Positions 25,871 to 32,000 of a stretch of 32,000 nt of DNA are shown here, piece after piece. Origin of the DNA: Nanobdella aerobiophila. GTDB lineage: Archaea > Nanobdellota > Nanobdellia > Nanobdellales > Nanobdellaceae. A model generated the notes under the pieces. It searched no databases, was not told the origin of the DNA, and saw only the letters and a list, made by a program, of their open reading frames with translations. The position numbers were made by a program, and so were the translations under genes. The first letter of the stretch is position 1. Each line of letters starts with the position of its first letter. The DNA is taken from positions 60,001 to 92,000 of the forward strand of contig NZ_AP019769.1 of assembly GCF_023169545.1 (NCBI RefSeq), in the 5' to 3' direction.

Positions 25871-26230
25871 TATTTCCATTTCTATAAATAATCTGTCTAC
25901 GGAACTTTTTATATTCTTTACGCTATTATTTATATTTGCTAATATTTCTGTTTTTAGTGCTGGATATATATATGGATTATTTGCAATTTCTTTATAATAC
26001 ATTTCTATATAGTTTTTTATTAATTCTAACATTGAGAAAAGATTATTTATAAGATTGATTATATTATTTATCTCCTGCATTTCATAATTATATAGGTAAT
26101 ATTGATTATTTTGGTAATATTTTTCATAATTGTTTAGATTTTGAATATATAATATGATATTATTCATCTGAGACATAATATTTTTTATATTATTTAATAT
26201 TTCATTTTCATTATCTTGCACATTATTCAT
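25844..26230 (-). CDS. Hypothetical Asn/Ile/Tyr-rich helical protein
   Basis: 128 aa of low-complexity, heptad-like sequence. It fills the gap between the sRNA and the DUF192 gene. No family recognised, and coding status is uncertain. Confidence 0.35.
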   Translation of the reverse strand: MNNVQDNENEILNNIKNIMSQMNNIILYIQNLNNYEKYYQNNQYYLYNYEMQEINNIINLINNLFSMLELIKNYIEMYYKEIANNPYIYPALKTEILANINNSVKNIKSSVDRLFIEMEILSDTIGKI

Positions 26231-26260
26231 ATAGAAAGAATAATATTTTAGAGTTTTTAT

Positions 26261-26318
26261 ATTTTCAGGGAGGAGGTGTATTCATCATATCTCAGACGCG
26301 CGCAGCCTCATCATATAT
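26261..26318 (-). ncRNA. C/D box sRNA (2'-O-methylation guide)
   Basis: The minus strand reads AT ATGATGA GGCTGCGCGCGT CTGA GAT ATGATGA ATACACCTCCTCC CTGA AAAT. C and C' boxes (AUGAUGA) and D' and D boxes (CUGA) are all perfect, with spacers of 12 and 13 nt and a 3-nt D'-C' linker. Box-to-box length is 50 nt (26265-26314). It is a GC-rich island in AT-rich DNA. Confidence 0.85.
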
Positions 26319-26913
26319 ATCTCAATATTCCTGTATTATTTTTATTTATCAAATCTTTTATAAGATAAAAATCTTTATCAAATATTGCTCTCCATTCTTT
26401 GTTGTATATAGTAGATGCAGGATGTAGAGTCGGAATTATCTTTATTTCTTTGTTCCAATAATTTATCTTGTATACTTTGCCTCTGTCTTTCATTATAGAA
26501 TTAAATTTTATATTAAAGTAATTAAAGATCCATGATGTAGAGTAAGATCCTAAAGTAATTATTATATCTGGTTTAAGAATATTTATCTGTTTTTCCAACC
26601 ATATTGAGCAAGCCTTTATCTCTTCATCAGTTGGTTTTCTATTATTTGGAGGTCTGCATTTTATTAAATTAGTAATATAAACATCTTTTCTATCAATATT
26701 TAATATATGATTTATATTTTCTGTTAAAATCTTTCCAGCTTTTCCTACAAATGGTTTTCCTTGTATATCTTCATCTCTTCCTGGTGCTTCACCTATAAAT
26801 AAAATTTTACTATTTATATTACCATCACCTGGAACATAATTAGTCTTATAATTACATAATGAACATCTATTACATTTTAATATCTCTTTATTTATATCAT
26901 TTATTGAATCCAT
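26311..26913 (-). CDS. udg: Uracil-DNA glycosylase, family 4 (thermophilic Fe-S type)
   Basis: 200 aa. [41 protein letters not shown] is the family-4 UDG signature. A second Cys pair, [18 protein letters not shown], would complete the 4Fe-4S ligands. Confidence 0.85.
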   Translation of the reverse strand: MDSINDINKEILKCNRCSLCNYKTNYVPGDGNINSKILFIGEAPGRDEDIQGKPFVGKAGKILTENINHILNIDRKDVYITNLIKCRPPNNRKPTDEEIKACSIWLEKQINILKPDIIITLGSYSTSWIFNYFNIKFNSIMKDRGKVYKINYWNKEIKIIPTLHPASTIYNKEWRAIFDKDFYLIKDLINKNNTGILRYI

Positions 26914-26948
26914 ACAAAATATATAAAAATAATTTTTATCTTTTTTAG

Positions 26949-27776
26949 ATGTTTGCTCATGCTAAAGGAAATAAAAATTCAAAGTGGAAAATGATCGGTA
27001 TCCCATCTGAAGTCGGTAGTTTATCAAATATAAAATTTTATTCAAATGGACCTAAAGCAATTAGAGATGCATCATATAAAGTATTTGATACATTATTGGG
27101 AGATATAGATTTGGAAGATATAGAAGATCTAGGGGATATAGATATAGAAGATATAAGAGATATAAATTATTTATATAATTATATATATAATAGATTAAAG
27201 GAAATATATGATAAAAATAAAAAATATATATTTTTAGGTGGGGATCATTCTATAACATATCCTATATTAAAATTAATTAGAGAAAATTGGAACAATTACA
27301 AGTTATTATATTTTGATGCACATCCAGATATGCATCCAGATCCTTATCCAAACTATGAAAGTTATATATACTATTTAATAAAAGAAGAATATTTGAATCC
27401 AGAAGATATAATCATGGTTGGTATATCTAATCTATCTTTTGAAGAAAAAAATATATTAAAGGATTGGAATATAAAATATTATAATTTTTATGAAGTATGG
27501 GATAATATAAATGATATTTCTAGAGAAATAAGTAATATATTAGATAATAAAAATTTATATATATCTATAGATATAGATGTATTTGAAAATGGATGTGGCC
27601 ATTGGTTGGAGGGAATGGGAATAAAGGTATATCATTATTTAAAGATATTGAAGGAGTTAAAAAATGTACATTTAATTGGTTTTGATCTGACCGAATTATT
27701 TTCTAGTAATATATGCAATAATCTAGCCGTAAAGATAATATTAGAAACTATATCTATATTTAATTATTATAAATAG
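26949..27776 (+). CDS. speB: Agmatinase/arginase-family ureohydrolase
   Basis: 275 aa. IGIPSEVGS..NGPKAIRDAS; metal-ligand motifs GGDHSITY, FDAHPDMHPD and SIDIDVFE; then GFDLTEL. The segment after DIDV (FENGCGHW) departs from the usual DPaxaPGtg. The true start may be the internal Met of WKMIGIP. Confidence 0.7.
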   Translation: MFAHAKGNKNSKWKMIGIPSEVGSLSNIKFYSNGPKAIRDASYKVFDTLLGDIDLEDIEDLGDIDIEDIRDINYLYNYIYNRLKEIYDKNKKYIFLGGDHSITYPILKLIRENWNNYKLLYFDAHPDMHPDPYPNYESYIYYLIKEEYLNPEDIIMVGISNLSFEEKNILKDWNIKYYNFYEVWDNINDISREISNILDNKNLYISIDIDVFENGCGHWLEGMGIKVYHYLKILKELKNVHLIGFDLTELFSSNICNNLAVKIILETISIFNYYK

Positions 27777-28806
27777 AATGTATATATATTAATAATATTA
27801 ATATTGTTCCAAAGATTAAAGTATTTAAGGTTAATAATATTATTTTTTCATATATATTTAATTTTATTATATAGTTAATAAAATCAATGAAGTTAATTAT
27901 TATAATTGGTATACCAGAAGATATTCCTAATAATATTTTTTTATTATTTGGATATTTATGATATAAATATGCATGTATAGCTGTAAAATAAAATATTATA
28001 GAAATTAATATATTTTCAATAGAATAAAATATTATATTGTTATATATTATATAATATAGAGAGCTAAATATAAATATGAATATAAATAATATTAAAAAAT
28101 ACATTGTAAAACCTTCTATTTTCCTATTAAATAGTTTATATATTAGATATAATATTATGATTTCGAAAATGGAAAATATTAATATATCTATTATAAAAAA
28201 TATATTTTGTTCCAATGAAAATAGTATTTGTAATAATAATAATATAAATAGAAAGCAGAATATATATCTTTTATAAATATTGATATTATTTAATTTAGTA
28301 AAACTAATGTTCTTATTATCTTTTGATATATTAAATAATACTACAAATAATATTAATGGTATTAGATATGGAATATTTATATTATATATATAGACTAAAA
28401 TAAATAAATAAAATACTGATATTATATAAAATATAAATGATTTTCTATTTATTATTAATTTTTCTTCTCCAATATAGTTCCCAATCAGATAAGATATTAT
28501 GAAGAAAAATATATTATTATATATAAATATAAATAGGCTATTTATATTTAATAGTCTAGCTAATATATCAATTGGAACTAAAATATATAAAAATTTGATC
28601 ATATTTGTATTTGATCTTTTTAATAAAAGATATAATATTGGTATATATATTGCTCCGAATACAGAAAATGATATTAAATAATTTTTTATATATATGAAAG
28701 ATATAATTATAGATAAAAAATAAAATAATATATATAATATAAAAATATATTTTGATATATTTTGATTTTCGTCTATATATTTATCTATAAATGTTTCATT
28801 TGGCAT
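27760..28806 (-). CDS. Polytopic membrane protein, paralog of 30721-31926 (unknown function)
   Basis: 348 aa with about 10 TM helices. Blocks shared with the 401-aa protein: FGAIYIPILYLLLKRSNTN vs FGIIYIPILLLLLKYTKTT; LVPIDIL vs LFPLEIF; ISFTKLNNINIYKRYIF vs IDLSKLNKINNYKKIII; late-TM His (AIHAYLYH vs GIHYFF). Confidence 0.55.
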   Translation of the reverse strand: MPNETFIDKYIDENQNISKYIFILYILFYFLSIIISFIYIKNYLISFSVFGAIYIPILYLLLKRSNTNMIKFLYILVPIDILARLLNINSLFIFIYNNIFFFIISYLIGNYIGEEKLIINRKSFIFYIISVFYLFILVYIYNINIPYLIPLILFVVLFNISKDNKNISFTKLNNINIYKRYIFCFLFILLLLQILFSLEQNIFFIIDILIFSIFEIIILYLIYKLFNRKIEGFTMYFLILFIFIFIFSSLYYIIYNNIIFYSIENILISIIFYFTAIHAYLYHKYPNNKKILLGISSGIPIIIINFIDFINYIIKLNIYEKIILLTLNTLIFGTILILLIYIHSIYNN

Positions 28807-28839
28807 TTATATATATTTATTAATAAATTATTATAAATA

Positions 28840-29484
28840 TTATACAATTTTTATACCATTTCCCGTTTTTTCTAGATATACATCTGTAGACCCATAAAAA
28901 CTAATATTATTAATAAATTTACATGGTATTATATTACAAATGTATTTATCATTATAACTTTCTGTACAAATTTTATTATTATATACATAAGTTTCTGATA
29001 GAAATACAAAGGACTGATTAGAAATATTTTCATTATTAATACAAAAATTGTAGACAAAATAATAGAAATCTGAATAATAATTTTCGCATATTTGTATATT
29101 TATACTAGATAATTGGCCGTCTATAGATATAAAATACGAATTATTATCGCAATTACCATAGTAATTAATTATTCCTAAACTATAATTATTTATATACACC
29201 CTAAATGGATATGGAAAAACTGCGCAATCAGGTAGTTCATTATAAAAACTATTATTAAAATAAATTAATTTATTTATTGTTGTATAAAATATAGGGTAAC
29301 TTGGCGACCCTAAACAATTATTAGAAAATATTTCATATAATATATTTTGAGAATAAGAAAAGTCGTTGTTGCTTTCATAATTATATAAATCATATCCAGA
29401 ATATATAGATGTTATTAATATTATCCCTACTAAAAATAATACCAAAATTATTGTTGTAAATATTATAGAAAATTGAGATTTCAT
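28840..29484 (-). CDS. N-terminally anchored or pilin-like, Cys-containing extracellular protein
   Basis: 214 aa. N-terminus MKSQFSIIFTTIILVLFLVGIILI (short basic tip, Gln, then a hydrophobic helix, as in archaeal class III/type IV pilin signals with +1 Gln). Asn/Tyr-rich ectodomain with 8 Cys (my count). The start lies 1 nt after the upstream stop. Confidence 0.5.
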   Translation of the reverse strand: MKSQFSIIFTTIILVLFLVGIILITSIYSGYDLYNYESNNDFSYSQNILYEIFSNNCLGSPSYPIFYTTINKLIYFNNSFYNELPDCAVFPYPFRVYINNYSLGIINYYGNCDNNSYFISIDGQLSSINIQICENYYSDFYYFVYNFCINNENISNQSFVFLSETYVYNNKICTESYNDKYICNIIPCKFINNISFYGSTDVYLEKTGNGIKIV

Positions 29485-29485
29485 A

Positions 29486-30718
29486 TTAATTAATACATGA
29501 TGTAGGTGTAGGCGGTGTTATTGTTGCAGGGCATGATATTGACTGAACGCATTCTTGTGCCAATGATTGGTCACATCCGCAATATGTTCCCAATACACAT
29601 GCAGAACATGTATTGGATATGCTATATATATAATTATAATTTATTGTTCCTTCTCCATTTTTCGATGAGGAGCTTCCGCATATTATATTATTATTTGAAT
29701 TACAAGAATCCTGATTATTATTTAATGTACAAGAGGAAGATATCACTTGTCCTGTAGTTAAGTTATATGTATATGTACATGAATAGTCGCAGATTTTATG
29801 TGCAGTATATGTATCATTATTTTGATATACTATAGAATTTATATTTATTTTTTGGGGAACTGTATTTCCATTATAATATATATTATATTGTGTATCTTCA
29901 CAACTTAAAGTAATTATACATGCAGTATTCTGAGCTATGCATGTATATGGACAACTTGCAGAACATAAATTTGGAGTTTCTATACTTTCATTACATTTTA
30001 TATATGGATTATTTGTAAATTGCTCAAAATTTTGTGCACAAGTATTTATAAAATTATTATTTAAAGCATTAGCGCAATCTACGAAGGAACATTGAGAAAA
30101 TTCTCCAGATTGTGAAAATTGAACGCCTTCATTATATAAATAAAATGCAGGATTATCGGATACTGTTTGATTAGCGCTATAAGGATATATATATTCTGAA
30201 TTATTATTATAAACGGTTAAATATATACCAGTCACGTATACAGGATATTCATAATTATAATTACCAGCTTCTATATTATTACACGAACCTAAAACACCAG
30301 CATAATAATTTGTTGAAATATTGGTTTCTATATTGTAAGGATAATAATATTGTAATTTTTCTAAATCATATATACTATTATATATATTTGTTGCTATACC
30401 CTCTTCTGTTAAATTACTATAATAATTTAAAGCAGCCTGGCATGATTGTGGAGCACCGCAGGCTTCTGGATATGCCGCCCAATATTCTTTTCCCCACGAA
30501 TTTAACCCCGCTATATAAGATTGTGTGTACGCTTGTTGTGTAATTAAAGTATTTATATAACCTAGAAAATAATCTGTTAGTGTTACTGAAGAAGTGAATC
30601 TTATAAATATTTCATTTTGTTTGGAACTTAATGATATAGATACAAAAGATAGTATTATAATTACAGTTATAAAAGCTATAAATAATAACACATATATAAA
30701 TTCTATTTGATTTCTCAT
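29486..30718 (-). CDS. N-terminally anchored or pilin-like, Cys-rich extracellular protein
   Basis: 410 aa. N-terminus MRNQIEFIYVLLFIAFITVIIIL (compare the class III signal consensus K/R-G-Q-x-S-x-E-F). 24 Cys by my count, concentrated in the C-terminal 230 aa. Pro/Thr-rich tail PATITPPTPTSCIN. The start lies 2 nt after the upstream stop. Confidence 0.55.
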   Translation of the reverse strand: MRNQIEFIYVLLFIAFITVIIILSFVSISLSSKQNEIFIRFTSSVTLTDYFLGYINTLITQQAYTQSYIAGLNSWGKEYWAAYPEACGAPQSCQAALNYYSNLTEEGIATNIYNSIYDLEKLQYYYPYNIETNISTNYYAGVLGSCNNIEAGNYNYEYPVYVTGIYLTVYNNNSEYIYPYSANQTVSDNPAFYLYNEGVQFSQSGEFSQCSFVDCANALNNNFINTCAQNFEQFTNNPYIKCNESIETPNLCSASCPYTCIAQNTACIITLSCEDTQYNIYYNGNTVPQKININSIVYQNNDTYTAHKICDYSCTYTYNLTTGQVISSSCTLNNNQDSCNSNNNIICGSSSSKNGEGTINYNYIYSISNTCSACVLGTYCGCDQSLAQECVQSISCPATITPPTPTSCIN

Positions 30719-30720
30719 TA

Positions 30721-31926
30721 TTATATCTTAGTATGTAAATATATAAGTGTTAATATTGATAATGTAACGATAACTCCATGAATTACACCTAAACTTAGTG
30801 CAAGATTTGGTAAGCTAAATATTGGTAATAAGAAAGAATTCATTCCTGGAGCAATACCAAATATTTCATTTTCTAATAATTCGCCAGATACCAATTGGAA
30901 TATTAATAAAATACCTAAAGTTATTCCTATAGATTTTTTCAATATATTAGTATTTTTTCTATTAAAAAAATAATGTATACCTAGAAAGAAAAATATAAAT
31001 GATATAATTATTCTTGTATGTAAGAGATACATTAGATAGCTATCATAAAATAAATATAAAACGCCAAAAAATATCTGTAAATTATATAAAAATAATAGTA
31101 TAATGCTATAAAATGATACAAATTTATTTTTTAATTTTTTATATATTAAATAAAATATTATATACTCATATATTGATATAAAAATCATTGATAAAGATAT
31201 ATATTTATAATATGGGTCATTTATATTTGGATGTTTTATATAAAATAATGATAAAATAATTGAATATATTAGCTGTATAAATATTATAATTTGAGTTGCA
31301 TATATAATTATTTTTTTATAATTATTTATTTTATTTAATTTTGATAAATCTATACCATTGTTTTTATTTAGATAATTATATAAAAATATAGGTATTAATG
31401 TTATTAATATTAAAAATTCAAATAAATACTCTGCTATATCTGTCTTATAAAATAAATAAGCTATATTTATAACTATTTGTGGTAATATAACATCAACATC
31501 AGTTCCAATTACATTTATTACAGTATTTATAAATAATAGGATAATAAAATAAGATAATAAGAATATATAAATTATTAATTGTTTTTTTGATATCTTTAGA
31601 TTATTTATTATTAATGATTGTCCAATAAAATACGCTAATAGATAAAAGAAAATATATAAATAAAATAATTCTGCTATAAAATTATGGAATGTATTTATTG
31701 AAAAAATTTCTAAAGGAAATAATAGATATATAATTTTATAATTATTATAAGTTGTTTTTGTATACTTTAGTAATAATAAAAGTATTGGTATATAAATTAT
31801 ACCAAATATAATATTAAATATGTTTATACCAAATAATATATAATTTTTATTCCATATCTTAATAAAAGAAAATGATAATAATATTATTAGATAATAAAAA
31901 ATAAATTTTTTATTATTGTCTACCAT
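30721..31926 (-). CDS. Polytopic membrane protein, paralog of 27760-28806 (unknown function)
   Basis: 401 aa with about 11-12 TM helices and no Cys. First gene of the four-gene minus-strand cassette. Similarity blocks to the 348-aa protein as listed there. Confidence 0.55.
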   Translation of the reverse strand: MVDNNKKFIFYYLIILLSFSFIKIWNKNYILFGINIFNIIFGIIYIPILLLLLKYTKTTYNNYKIIYLLFPLEIFSINTFHNFIAELFYLYIFFYLLAYFIGQSLIINNLKISKKQLIIYIFLLSYFIILLFINTVINVIGTDVDVILPQIVINIAYLFYKTDIAEYLFEFLILITLIPIFLYNYLNKNNGIDLSKLNKINNYKKIIIYATQIIIFIQLIYSIILSLFYIKHPNINDPYYKYISLSMIFISIYEYIIFYLIYKKLKNKFVSFYSIILLFLYNLQIFFGVLYLFYDSYLMYLLHTRIIISFIFFFLGIHYFFNRKNTNILKKSIGITLGILLIFQLVSGELLENEIFGIAPGMNSFLLPIFSLPNLALSLGVIHGVIVTLSILTLIYLHTKI

Positions 31927-32000
31927 GTATCTAGCACTCCAACCAGATATCCGCCCAAGTTTAGTTTAGGAATTGGCAAATAAAAATAATATGTATATAA

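Noticed and set aside
28076-30543. Plus-strand ORFs 28076-28276, 28499-28681, 29515-29757, 30310-30543, and the minus ORF 190-381 near the window start
   Set aside because: These are shadows of the longer opposite-strand ORFs, or of the TnpB-like relic in the case of 190-381. They have no start context or motif support.
31927-31965. Possible split-tRNA 5' half (GGGCGGA TA TCTG .. TAGA), as in Nanoarchaeum
   Set aside because: A14 and other invariant D-loop positions are missing. The would-be anticodon stem has no partner. The anticodon would start with A. The segment runs into the ORF start codon.
1-32000. CRISPR arrays, rRNA genes, integrases or intact transposases, toxin-antitoxin pairs
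   Set aside because: No regularly spaced direct repeats, no long GC-rich rRNA-like blocks, and no ORFs with recombinase or nuclease signatures were seen. The exceptions are the decayed TnpB-like relic and the intein endonuclease.

Overview
Extremely AT-rich (about three-quarters A+T by eye, not computed), very gene-dense archaeal chromosome segment. Archaeal markers: TFB, a Pop5-like RNase P protein, proteasome alpha, SBDS, ribosomal proteins eS24 and eS31 (S27ae), archaeal-type adenylate kinase, membrane-bound LonB, and a textbook C/D box sRNA. The two tRNAs and the sRNA stand out as GC-rich islands, the pattern expected in an AT-rich (hyper)thermophile. Together with the tiny spacers and frequent gene overlaps this suggests a reduced DPANN/Nanoarchaeota-like genome; that placement is inference only. 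Contents in order: a decayed TnpB-like relic; adkA; a large sequon-rich surface protein with about 82-aa tandem repeats; tRNA-Pro(GGG); prephenate dehydratase with a defective start; an ICMT-family methyltransferase; tRNA-Thr(GGU); an AAA+/wHTH protein; a glycogen island (debranching enzyme, GT5-like synthase, GH57, small protein plus ParA/MinD plus eukaryote-type GT3 glycogen synthase, the last three translationally coupled); a TFB-Pop5-PsmA-SBDS operon; LonB split by a 474-aa LAGLIDADG intein; a 1410-aa surface ORF that looks like two secreted proteins fused in frame; the eS24-eS31-DUF192 operon; family-4 UDG whose stop codon lies inside the C box of the sRNA; an agmatinase-family enzyme; and a four-gene minus-strand cassette (two paralogous polytopic membrane proteins flanking two Cys-rich proteins with pilin-like N-termini). 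The best candidates for undescribed biology are that cassette, the ParA module wired into glycogen synthesis, and the fused surface-protein gene. All product calls rest on motif recognition by eye; no searches were run.
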